Below are positions 44,971 to 54,500 of a stretch of DNA of 64,000 bases, piece after piece. Origin of the DNA: a virus. Its lineage: Duplodnaviria; Heunggongvirae; Uroviricota; Caudoviricetes. The notes beneath the pieces were generated by a model. The model saw nothing but the letters and a program-made list of their open reading frames with translations. It made no database searches and was not told where the DNA came from. The first letter of the stretch is position 1. Each line of letters begins with the position of its first letter. The position numbers and the translations under genes are program-made. Where the stretch lies: the IMG/VR virus record IMGVR_UViG_3300037042_007115; one strand, given 5' to 3'.

Positions 44971-45438
44971 ATGACAACTGAGGAGAAGACTGAGAGTTAT
45001 TTACCCGGGGTATTTGTCGCTATAGTTCTGATAGTTCCCACCATGCTAATCCTGGCCATTGTTGCTTGGGGCATATATTCTCCTATTCCCTTTATGGCTG
45101 AGTTTAACAAATTAACATATGTAAATACCACAGCCCTTGTGCCAGACACCCAGATTACTTATAGTATATCAGAGGATTATCCTAGCGGATTTTTTTCTAA
45201 GGTTTTAGCTATCTCGGACTCTAATCGCCATGAGTATTATTCAGTGCGAGTTGTTGAGGGCCCAGATTTTGGGAGTATGCTCCCTATTCCGCCAAAAGAA
45301 GTAGTTAATCAATCTGGGGGTTCAGAATCTATTGTTTTACATCATCATTTGAACCCATGTACTTTTACTCGCCTTGTTATTACTACAGAAGCTAGTTATT
45401 TTATCAAGGATTTTCCACAAACTGCTGTGTGTGGGTAA
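44971..45438 (+). CDS. membrane protein (short + strand island)
   Basis: Track ORF is 44896..45438. Start is moved to the ATG at 44971 (MTTEEK...) to avoid overlap with the SNF2 start. One TM helix. Confidence 0.3.
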   Translation: MTTEEKTESYLPGVFVAIVLIVPTMLILAIVAWGIYSPIPFMAEFNKLTYVNTTALVPDTQITYSISEDYPSGFFSKVLAISDSNRHEYYSVRVVEGPDFGSMLPIPPKEVVNQSGGSESIVLHHHLNPCTFTRLVITTEASYFIKDFPQTAVCG

Positions 45439-45441
45439 GTA

Positions 45442-45993
45442 TCAATTCTTGAGCTTGGTCATTTCTGCTGACTTGCTGACCCTGGTGTGGATTTCATTCA
45501 GCTCATTAAGCTCTTTGGTAAGACCTTCAATAATGCCTATCCGGCTCTGGGAAGTATCATTCAGCATTTCAATGATCTGTTCCTGCTTGTGTTCAATACT
45601 AGCCATAATAAGGCAAGCTTCATGGTGGTTCACAGCAATGAGTGGTAGCCGAATAAGCTCAACAAGTTCATCTGCCCACCACTTAACTTCATGGAGACCA
45701 GAACTGTGGCCATTTTCCCAGGCAATCCGGTATAAGATATCCCGCATTGGGTGGTTCTCAATATTTAACTCTTTGAACAACTGTTCTTTGAAGCGTTTTT
45801 CTTCCTCAGCTTCAAGTTTGCGGGCTTCAATAAGAGCGGCCCTTTCTTCTTCAGTAAGTTTTCTCATAATTTCACCTGTTATACCTAACAGTGTGCTGTG
45901 AAACCAATTAAATATAGTTAAAACAGAGAAAAAGAGATTAGATGTCGGTTTCTGGGTCTTGTGGATCAACTGCTGCAGGGGTAGGTGCCCCAT
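45442..45993 (-). CDS. hypothetical coiled-coil protein
   Basis: 183-aa ORF. Confidence 0.4.
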   Translation of the reverse strand: MGHLPLQQLIHKTQKPTSNLFFSVLTIFNWFHSTLLGITGEIMRKLTEEERAALIEARKLEAEEEKRFKEQLFKELNIENHPMRDILYRIAWENGHSSGLHEVKWWADELVELIRLPLIAVNHHEACLIMASIEHKQEQIIEMLNDTSQSRIGIIEGLTKELNELNEIHTRVSKSAEMTKLKN

Positions 45994-46444
45994 CTACCTC
46001 AGCTGCACCCTCCGGTGATTCATCATAGTGAATCGGTGCCTGGTCTACAACTTTAGCTTTGATAGTGCCGTTGTACTCCTCATGGTCTACTTCAACATTC
46101 ATCTGGGCCCCAGCCAGCTTTTTGAGGTCTACCTGCATTGAACTTGTTGGAACCTTGACGCCTAGTGCTTCCAATGACTTTCTAAATCCGAAGAGAGCGT
46201 GTGGCTGCAGGGAATTGTTCAAGTAGAGACGCCGGCCCATGAATTCACCGTTGAGAATTTCAAAGGTAAAGACAACCATCGGCTGATTTGCAGCACTCAT
46301 CTTTGCTACGGCTGACACAACCTTGACCTGGTAGATACCTTTCTCTACAAGACCTGAGTTGCTAGTCTGGCCGAAATCAACCTTGACTACACTTCCAGAA
46401 ATGGTTGATGGGGCCGGTTCTGCCCCTTTCTGTGTTGGGCTCAT
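45938..46444 (-). CDS. putative ssDNA-binding protein (DUF669-like), partner of the Sak4-like ATPase
   Basis: 168 aa, beta-rich with an acidic C-terminal tail. Lies directly downstream of the Sak4-like gene, as in phage DUF669-Sak4-Cas4 modules. Confidence 0.4.
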   Translation of the reverse strand: MSPTQKGAEPAPSTISGSVVKVDFGQTSNSGLVEKGIYQVKVVSAVAKMSAANQPMVVFTFEILNGEFMGRRLYLNNSLQPHALFGFRKSLEALGVKVPTSSMQVDLKKLAGAQMNVEVDHEEYNGTIKAKVVDQAPIHYDESPEGAAEVDGAPTPAAVDPQDPETDI

Positions 46445-46755
46445 TCTAGTTTCTCCCCGGGGGCCTCATCTACATCTGTCCAGAGAGTGAAGTGCATTGC
46501 AATACCCACGATGAATACCATCCACATTACGGCAATCTGGGTAAGATACATATTACGAGTTACAAGATCCGTGATACTGGGGAGAGTATTTAAGTAGATA
46601 GTCGTCATTCCAGTAGCGATAAGACCTACTCCAATTAGGAGTACAGTTGGGGTCAGGATATTGAAGAGTTTTCTTGCAAGACCCTTAACCGTCTTAGTAG
46701 TTTTCTTGATCATGGTTTCCTCCAAAGAAGCTCTGTTGTGCCATGGGCACCCCAT
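46441..46755 (-). CDS. membrane protein
   Basis: 104 aa, two TM helices. Confidence 0.4.
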   Translation of the reverse strand: MGCPWHNRASLEETMIKKTTKTVKGLARKLFNILTPTVLLIGVGLIATGMTTIYLNTLPSITDLVTRNMYLTQIAVMWMVFIVGIAMHFTLWTDVDEAPGEKLE

Positions 46756-46796
46756 TCTTCATAACAATATGGTTCCCCGAACCTAATAAAGGTTCT

Positions 46797-47672
46797 TTAA
46801 TTAGTTGGGGGGTTATTCACATGCGGTTCTTCTAATACCGGGATAGGAGCTTTAGGCGATATGGCCTTCATCAGCTTGTCATAGGTTGGGTCATTGATAG
46901 AGTTCGGTAAAATTATGCTTTTTGCCTTTCTAACTTTAGTTAAATACAGCGCATGAGGACCGATTCTGAGTCTAAAGCTGTAAATCTTCTCAGTTTTACC
47001 ATCAGAAGTTACTTTTACAAACTCTTTGATATAGGTGTTGCCTATGATTTTGACCGCGGCAGTGAGAGATGCTGCGACACTAGGGCTTAGCCTGGGGCCA
47101 ACTTCCTGAATTACCTGGTCTTCATTTGCATTTTCCTCTTCATCAGTGCTTCTATCTTGAGCTGTGAAGACAGTGTGCATGGGTAAGTCTCGATAATTAA
47201 TGAGCCAGGCACTTAAGAGGTGAGCAACCTGACCCCAGAGGCTTCGGTTCATTACTCCATTTTTTTCCTTACCATTCTGCTCTAGGATATACTCCCGGGC
47301 AAACTTCTGCAGCATGGTTACGGTATCCACAACCACTGTTTTATACGGGTGATTGCCGGCACGCAGGAACCAGTACATAGTTTCAAAGTCTTCCCAGTTC
47401 TCTACCCGGAAACCCTTCCCTCCTACAACATCTGAGACAGAGGAGGTCCCCTTCTCTGCTATATCTAGGAAGATTACCGGTCCCGGGAAGGTACCAGCAA
47501 TTGTAGTTTTACCCGTACCAGACCGGCCATAAAGGAGGACAGATTGAGGTCCATCCATGTCAGCTAGTGACTGGATCCGAGATTCTATATCTTTCATTCT
47601 CTCAGGATTACTGAGCGAGAGTATTGGATCTTCAACTTTGGTCTTCATCATCTGAACCTTCCTGGATTTCAA
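46797..47672 (-). CDS. RecA-fold ATPase, Sak4-like
   Basis: Walker A VLLYGRSGTGKTT. Walker B-like hhhhD at VVVDTV. Confidence 0.65.
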   Translation of the reverse strand: MKSRKVQMMKTKVEDPILSLSNPERMKDIESRIQSLADMDGPQSVLLYGRSGTGKTTIAGTFPGPVIFLDIAEKGTSSVSDVVGGKGFRVENWEDFETMYWFLRAGNHPYKTVVVDTVTMLQKFAREYILEQNGKEKNGVMNRSLWGQVAHLLSAWLINYRDLPMHTVFTAQDRSTDEEENANEDQVIQEVGPRLSPSVAASLTAAVKIIGNTYIKEFVKVTSDGKTEKIYSFRLRIGPHALYLTKVRKAKSIILPNSINDPTYDKLMKAISPKAPIPVLEEPHVNNPPTN

Positions 47673-48720
47673 CTAGCTCTTCTTTAGCACCCTTGAGTTT
47701 ATAATCTCTGCTGATGATAAATTCAGCATCTAAGTCAAAGAGCTCTGCCCGGCAAAGAGATGCAAATGAGCAACCCTTACAGGTGAAGGGAGATAGGGCC
47801 CTTGTCTTCTTTGTTCTACCTTGCTCCACAATTTCATGGGCAGATTCTAGGAAGTCACTCACCACTTCATTAATAACATGCTGTGATGGTGCTGGGAAAT
47901 ATACCCGCTTATAGAAGTTATCTTGCTTTACCCTAAGGCTATTTAAGATATCTTGGTAGTCTTCTTGCTGTAAGCCCAGCCGGTTAATCTCTCCTAGGTA
48001 AACATGGTAGGTAGAGTCAATGTTCTTTCTCTTTGTTAAACCGCCGTTCTTAAGTTGCTCAGGTACCGTCGGTGCTTTGGTCCTTAAATAGTCCCAACAG
48101 ATGCCAGCAGGCTTAGGGTAGCCAGCTTTGGGTAAGGCCCAAACGTATAAGATGGCCTGGAGGGCCGAGAGTCTTACCTCATCATCTGGTATTTTCTTAG
48201 CGGTCTTATGCTCAACAACCCAGATGTTTCCTTGGGTGTCTTCTGCTGGAGCATCCATAAAACCCTTGAACTTCGCTCCTGGAAATAGCTCGAACTCGAG
48301 AGGTAACTCACTGTGTCTAAGAACATCAATCGTGGTACCATCTTCCTGTTTCTCTTTAACAGTGAATGGAAGATATTTGATTCTGTCGTTTTCATACTTT
48401 CTACAGTATCCATCAAAGATTTTCCTGATATCACCGGGGATATCACCGAATTCTTCTTGCTCTTCACTGAAGAGTTTTGCATACTCTTTTTCATACTTGA
48501 GTATTATGGGCTCTGTAGGCTGCTTTTCAATCCTAGCTTCCATAAGTTCATGTATGATTTTACCTCTTACCAGGGGTATAGGCTGGGATTTTTTCTCCAG
48601 CTTCATAACCCATTTGTAAAAGTGTTCCCGGGGGCAACGTCTCCAGACTTTTACTCGACTATAGGAGATGTTCTCAACGTGGATATCTCCTTCTTTTCGC
48701 ACGGGCGCTACTAATTCCAT
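47632..48720 (-). CDS. Cas4-like PD-(D/E)xK exonuclease with Fe-S cysteines
   Basis: N-terminal Cys (WRRCPREH), C-terminal CKGCSFASLC four-Cys pattern, and a central D...EhK core (WVVEHKTAKK). Confidence 0.65.
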   Translation of the reverse strand: MELVAPVRKEGDIHVENISYSRVKVWRRCPREHFYKWVMKLEKKSQPIPLVRGKIIHELMEARIEKQPTEPIILKYEKEYAKLFSEEQEEFGDIPGDIRKIFDGYCRKYENDRIKYLPFTVKEKQEDGTTIDVLRHSELPLEFELFPGAKFKGFMDAPAEDTQGNIWVVEHKTAKKIPDDEVRLSALQAILYVWALPKAGYPKPAGICWDYLRTKAPTVPEQLKNGGLTKRKNIDSTYHVYLGEINRLGLQQEDYQDILNSLRVKQDNFYKRVYFPAPSQHVINEVVSDFLESAHEIVEQGRTKKTRALSPFTCKGCSFASLCRAELFDLDAEFIISRDYKLKGAKEELVEIQEGSDDEDQS

Positions 48721-48767
48721 AAAGGGTCTCCCCTATAAATACAAAATGAAATGGGCAGTATTAAATA

Positions 48768-49427
48768 TTAAAGGTCACTTCTGACTGAATTTTTCCCGAA
48801 GAAAGATTGTATGTAGACCTCCCCCGGCCCAGTGAGGTGTGTGGTGAATAAACCTCTTCCGCTGAAGAGGATATTGTTAACTGTTTTTACGAATTTAACA
48901 TCTAGTGTGATAGTGGTACTGAAAGCTAGTAAGCGACTGCTAGTTACTTCCAACTCTTCCCCGGGGCCTAATATTTTCTTATGAAGTTCCCCCCAGCCGT
49001 GGAGCACTACTTTACCGTTTCCAGATAGTCTCTCTAGGACCAAACCTTCACCACTGAATACTGCCATCCTAATTCGCTTCATAAAAGCTATGTCAAGGTC
49101 AACCCCGGGTTCAGCACATAGGTAAGCCGCCCTGTCACATAGGTAGTTGTGGTCCTTGTCTATTTCAAGAATCAGCATATTACCACAGACCCTATCAGCA
49201 AGGGAGATTACTTGCCCATCTTCTAATGCCGTGAAGGTGGTCATATATAGCGAATCACCTCCGGCAAGCCTTCTTACTGCTTTAAGCATTCCCCCATAGA
49301 TTTCAGTTTCCATCTCTACCTCTTTGGTCATAGAGAGGAGAGCATTGGTTTGCGCTATTAGTTGTTCACCCTTGTTTAGCTCAATTGAAACAATGGGGTA
49401 TAAGTTTCCATCAATAATATACTTCAT
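48768..49427 (-). CDS. AIM24/TIGR00266-family protein
   Basis: 219 aa, Gly-rich beta-strand repeats typical of the family (GEGLVLERLSGNGKVVLHGWGEL...LLAF). Confidence 0.45.
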   Translation of the reverse strand: MKYIIDGNLYPIVSIELNKGEQLIAQTNALLSMTKEVEMETEIYGGMLKAVRRLAGGDSLYMTTFTALEDGQVISLADRVCGNMLILEIDKDHNYLCDRAAYLCAEPGVDLDIAFMKRIRMAVFSGEGLVLERLSGNGKVVLHGWGELHKKILGPGEELEVTSSRLLAFSTTITLDVKFVKTVNNILFSGRGLFTTHLTGPGEVYIQSFFGKNSVRSDL

Positions 49428-49428
49428 G

Positions 49429-50073
49429 TTACACCGCGTAATTTAATATACTTAGATCTAGAGAGGCATTTCCTATAGTTATTGGGTCTACTGTTGTGGT
49501 ATTCATTTTAAAGAATGTGGCCATAGCTAAATTGGGCCCAATTATAAGGCATATGGATAGAATGATAACTACTATGATTAAGATATACATCCATATTTTT
49601 CCCTTAGCTTCATCCGAGGTGATTAACATCATGGAATTCTCTTCCAGGCCCCTCAGCTTATAGTACCCCCACAGCATTACTATTAAAATGTCACCAAAAA
49701 CCCGCCTAAAATGTACCCAAGAGACTTTTACCAGTTTATACAGCTTAGTTACAATAACACACCCTAGGAAAAATAGGACCACATCTGCTGGTGATATCGG
49801 GCGGCTTAATATATCCACTTGTGGGGAGAAAAACCAAGTATAAATCCAGAAATCTTCATTGATTAGTTTATGTATCAGCGTACTCACCAGGAGTCCTGCA
49901 TTAAAATCATAGAGGTATAACCCTACAAGGATTATGGCTCCTGACCAGAACATCGTTGCATTATCTAAGATAAATAGCCAAAATGGGATAATAAAGGTCT
50001 TAAATGGGTAGATGATAAGTATAAACACAGCTAATGATATGAAATATTTTAGTTCTTCAATGTAGTTTACCAT
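49429..50073 (-). CDS. membrane protein (five or six TM helices)
   Basis: 214 aa, hydrophobic. Confidence 0.45.
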   Translation of the reverse strand: MVNYIEELKYFISLAVFILIIYPFKTFIIPFWLFILDNATMFWSGAIILVGLYLYDFNAGLLVSTLIHKLINEDFWIYTWFFSPQVDILSRPISPADVVLFFLGCVIVTKLYKLVKVSWVHFRRVFGDILIVMLWGYYKLRGLEENSMMLITSDEAKGKIWMYILIIVVIILSICLIIGPNLAMATFFKMNTTTVDPITIGNASLDLSILNYAV

Positions 50074-50177
50074 ATTTCTCCTAAAAATTAAAGCTTAAGA
50101 CTCCTGGGAAATAAACCATAACTAAATAGAGAGCACTGATGATGATGATAGCAATAATCACTAGTAATTTTTCATCC

Positions 50178-50393
50178 TCAGGGTGCATGTGTGTCAGCTT
50201 CCGCGGTGGTTCGATAAGTGTCATTCTTATACCAGGCGCGAAGTTTGGTAGAATAGACTGCACCTTCTTCAATTTTTTTCTTGCTCATATTAATTCCATG
50301 GTGACAGCCACAGTTTGGGCACCACGCGTCTTTTCTACTTTTTGTATACTGGTGCCCACATAAAAGGCATTCAGTTTTGTGTTTGGGCTCCAT
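50178..50393 (-). CDS. zinc-ribbon small protein
   Basis: 71 aa with CLLCGH...CPNCGCHHG. Confidence 0.35.
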   Translation of the reverse strand: MEPKHKTECLLCGHQYTKSRKDAWCPNCGCHHGINMSKKKIEEGAVYSTKLRAWYKNDTYRTTAEADTHAP

Positions 50394-50700
50394 CCTTCAC
50401 CCCTTTAAGCTGTTCAATCTTCTTTGCTAAGTAGTCACCATGACACCGTTCGGGAGAGCACCAACATCCAAGTCTTTTAGCATTAAGTAGGTCACTGATA
50501 TTTACTTCCCCCATATCTATTCGTTGTTCTATGTAGATTTCATACTTATCAAGTACTGTATCTCTACTTTCTCGACTAGAAATATGGAAGGGGTTAGCCC
50601 AAGCACTTCCTGGGAAGTTTCTAAACTCTCTTCCAATGTAAATATCACCAATTCTCTTTCCAAAATCTTTGCAGCGTGAAATGTTTATTACTTCTATCAT
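50371..50700 (-). CDS. DUF4326-family protein
   Basis: ANPFHI...GCWCSPERCHGDYL matches the conserved CWC.P..CH.D block of DUF4326. Confidence 0.5.
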   Translation of the reverse strand: MIEVINISRCKDFGKRIGDIYIGREFRNFPGSAWANPFHISSRESRDTVLDKYEIYIEQRIDMGEVNISDLLNAKRLGCWCSPERCHGDYLAKKIEQLKGVKDGAQTQN

Positions 50701-50859
50701 AATTTATCCCCAAAATTGCTAGTATCACCAAGAAAATCCCCAACGATAAAAACTATACTTAGTACAAAAAGCCCTAAAGTTATAGGGACTACCGATATCG
50801 GATAGAGTAAATGTAACAGTATAGAGCTTATCAACAAAATAACGCCTATTACGGCTGTT

Positions 50860-51132
50860 TTATGTTCCATCATTCACCAGTTTTTTAGTTTCAAATAGCT
50901 TTGTGTGGTAGTGCTTAATTAAAATTTTTAGAGTATCTTCTTCTAGGTCACCAAAAATAGCCAAAGTGGTTAGAAATCCATTAATAATTAATAGTTTTGC
51001 ACCAGCTTCTAGTTTGTAATTCTTGGGAAATAAGTCTTTTGGAAGTAAGGAGTCTTCTAGGACAGTATCTGCTACCAGTCCACACCTTTCCATAATTTCA
51101 TCCATGGTGAGAGTCATTTTATTAGTCCCCAA
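50860..51132 (-). CDS. hypothetical protein
   Basis: 90-aa ORF. Confidence 0.35.
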   Translation of the reverse strand: MGTNKMTLTMDEIMERCGLVADTVLEDSLLPKDLFPKNYKLEAGAKLLIINGFLTTLAIFGDLEEDTLKILIKHYHTKLFETKKLVNDGT

Positions 51133-51428
51133 AATATAAAAACCATACCAAGTATTACAAAACTTACTGCTGGGCCGCCGAAACCTCTAGTTATCGGGTA
51201 GAGCTTCATTAAGAGACCGAGTATTAATCCTAAAGATAATAGTGCAATACCCAAGCTTATTTGTTTATTAATGGTGGGTATAAGTTTCTTCCAAGTAGTT
51301 TCTTGTTTATGATCTAAATATATGACACACTCTGAACAGTTTCCAGCCGGGGGTGAGCAGGCTTTGCTATCTATTAGGCAAGAGCCATCAGAGTTATACA
51401 TTTTAATAGTTGCATTTGGGTCCATCAT
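51114..51428 (-). CDS. small membrane protein
   Basis: 104 aa, two TM helices. Confidence 0.4.
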   Translation of the reverse strand: MMDPNATIKMYNSDGSCLIDSKACSPPAGNCSECVIYLDHKQETTWKKLIPTINKQISLGIALLSLGLILGLLMKLYPITRGFGGPAVSFVILGMVFIFWGLIK

Positions 51429-51546
51429 TTTGCCTCATTTATTATCTTTCGTAGATCATTGCATACACAGGCGAGTGTAGCAGCTGTACCAATTAATTCT
51501 CCAAGCAGAAAAAGCATAAATAGTAGAGTGAAAGAAGGCCAGTCCA

Positions 51547-54500
51547 TCATTCACTCCCCCAATCCCCGAAGTGTGTATCTGTTACAATGGGTACTGTAAG
51601 ATTCACCCCCAACTTGGCCAATAGTGGCGGACACTCTATGAGCTTCTTTATCTCGGGTAGAAGTTTATCTGCTATATCATCACGTATTTCCATAAGGATA
51701 GCATCATGAATAGTTCCTACGATGTTTAATACATCCTTTCCATAGGTCGTACTTAGTGCAACCACAGCCATCATCGTCATATCACTTGCAAATCCCTGAA
51801 CAGGCGCGTTTATTGAGTTGCGTTCTGCCTGTGCACGTACTCCCTCATCGGGTGACATAATCTCCGGCAGGTGTCTAATACGCCCATCAAGGCATTTTAC
51901 CTGTCCATACTGCCTTACCATCACTTTTTGCCGCTGGTGCCACTTTGGAAGCTCAGAATAGGTTTCAAAGAACCTCTGTCTAAATGCGGTAGCTTCCTCT
52001 ATTGTGAGGTCCGTTTCATATTTATCCCGGGCGTATTCCTGGAACTTCTTCTCCCGCATGCCGTAAAGGAACCCAAAATTACAGTTTCCCTGTATTCCCA
52101 CTTTATTGTCTCTTCTTATAACGATATTTTCTGCCTGGACTTGTACACAATATGCCATATGACTGCCGGGTATCTTTTGGAAGCTTAGGTGTGTTCTCGA
52201 GTCGAGTCGTCCGCCGGGCCTATAGGTAATTTTGTACCCCTCAGTTCTTTTCTTATCTCTAGGGGGCATAACATATAGTACTGCTCGTGTCCCAGAAGTA
52301 CAGGCCATAGCTTGCATTATATCCGCACTTTGTCGAACATGTGTAGTAAATTTTGTATATTTTTGAGCAAATTTTTCACTTGACCAAGAGTCCCAGTAAG
52401 CTGCTTCATCGAGATAAACTATTGCCGGGATGTCTGTTAGGCAGGACCAGGAGAGATTTTTATTATCATCAAGATACGGCTTTATCATCCCCATAATTTT
52501 CGGTGAGTTCATTTCAAAGATAGTTGCTCCATCAGCCCTTGTTCTACGGGTATAACTTACCCCATAGGCATCTAGAAGTTGTTTACATCTGTCTATTTTG
52601 TGCTGCTTTTTAAACCCAAATCTAAGGCGGGTGTGGTCTTTAAATGACCCATCAGCTGCGATCATAGCTAAGATTCGAGTTTCAGTTTCTGTTAGTTTAT
52701 ACTCCGTTCTTTTAAGGAGCCCAGCAGAGAATAGATAAGTATTTTGAGGAACTGAATCTGCGCGCCTCTTCTCTACACGTTCCGTGTTCCTATTGAAATA
52801 CAAAATTTCGTGATCTGCTGTTACTAATAGATCATTATTTCTATCTATGAAACTATACAGCTCTCTATTATTTTGGGATTGAAAAGCTATAGGCTTAGTA
52901 AACGATATTTCTTGCGTTTCTTGGAAATACTGCGCTACTTCATCTGTGCCATTATATTTATCAAATCTTACCCAACCGGCTTTTGTGAGTATTTCAGTAT
53001 CCCCTGAGAAGCATGCCTTGGCTTTCTTTCGCTCATCCTTAGTAATTAGCTCAGGGGGTTTTCCAGTGATAAGGGAAGCTGTCTTCCGGTGTATGTCGCC
53101 CTTCGGGTCATTGAAGATACCTATCATTGTTGGGTCCCCGCTTACCATAGCTGCTATCCTAAGCTCAACTTGGGAGTAATCACACTCTAATAGTCTCCAT
53201 CCTGGTGGGGCGCCTATAAGAGTTCTAATCTTTTTGTCACGTGGAACCTGCTGGAGGTTAGGGTCACTACATGAATTATGAACACAGAGCTCATTTGCTA
53301 TAAAATTATGCGTATCTTCTACCTCTATATCATACACAGGGAAGATTCCCGGTAGTTTCTCCACATAAGTAATCATATGATTCTGGGGCTTGGGCTTGGC
53401 GTTATCTGGTAGTTTGGCCAGTGTTCGGGTCCTACCATAAACTACTCTAGCTTCCTTAGTTTTACTTACAGTTTCCCCAGTAAAATGTAAATAGTTATAA
53501 TCACCGCGTGACCTATGCAGGGCCATAACATGCTCCCCATGATGATATCGTTTTCTCCATTTGATATATTTTCCCCCCGCTAGATCTTCTACTTTGATAT
53601 AACTTCCGGAGGTTAACCGAATTGGGTGGTTCCCTGTAGCATCCAGAAAACCCTCAGTATGCCCCCCTTGCCCCACCCAATGCACTCTATAACAGGGCTT
53701 GCTGCCCGTAAGCCCAGAACTCTTGACTTTTTTCAAAGTTAACTTTAATTCATCATCAAACGAATATACTAAGTCTCCCGTCTTTATATCTTGGATGGGC
53801 CTAGTTCCACCCGGTATCATGACTTCTGTACCTTCTCTTAAGCAGAGTCTGCCAGTAACGGTCCCGTGCAGCTTAAAGTTAGGATGTAGTCTTTCGTGCG
53901 GACCTAAGAATTTCTTCCACCCCTCAATAAAGCTCGATACCTGCTTAGCCAGCTCCCTATGTTTGAGTAATAAATCAATTCCTTCGTGTTGACCTTTCAG
54001 TCGTTGAAGAATACCTTCTGCAGTAGAGGGTGCACCAGACTTAGTAAGTTCTAATGGTACCAACTTCCAATCCTCGAATAAGATCTTACCAACCTGCTTA
54101 GGACTGTTCCAGTTTACCCCAGGAGCCATAGCCTCTAGTTTATCATGTACCTCAGCGAGTTCAGCTTTAAGGACAATTTCCAGTGCGGCTAGACGCTCTT
54201 TATGGACGAATACGCCATGACACTCAATATCTTCAAAGGCTTCAAACGCCGGCATAATAAGGAACTTAAAAAGCTTAAGGAGATCAGCATTCTTCATTAA
54301 CTGACCACGCTGCATTTTATATAACCTGAGAGTGTACAAAACATCATAGCCACAATACTCATACATCTTCTCTAGGTCTGGGCCTTGTCCTCTTTTATCT
54401 TCAGATGAGATATCATAAGCTGGAGCATTAAGATGAACCTTAGCCAGATACTTTAGGCCACATGGCTCATTCTCATTCAAGATATGGGCTGCCATCATGG

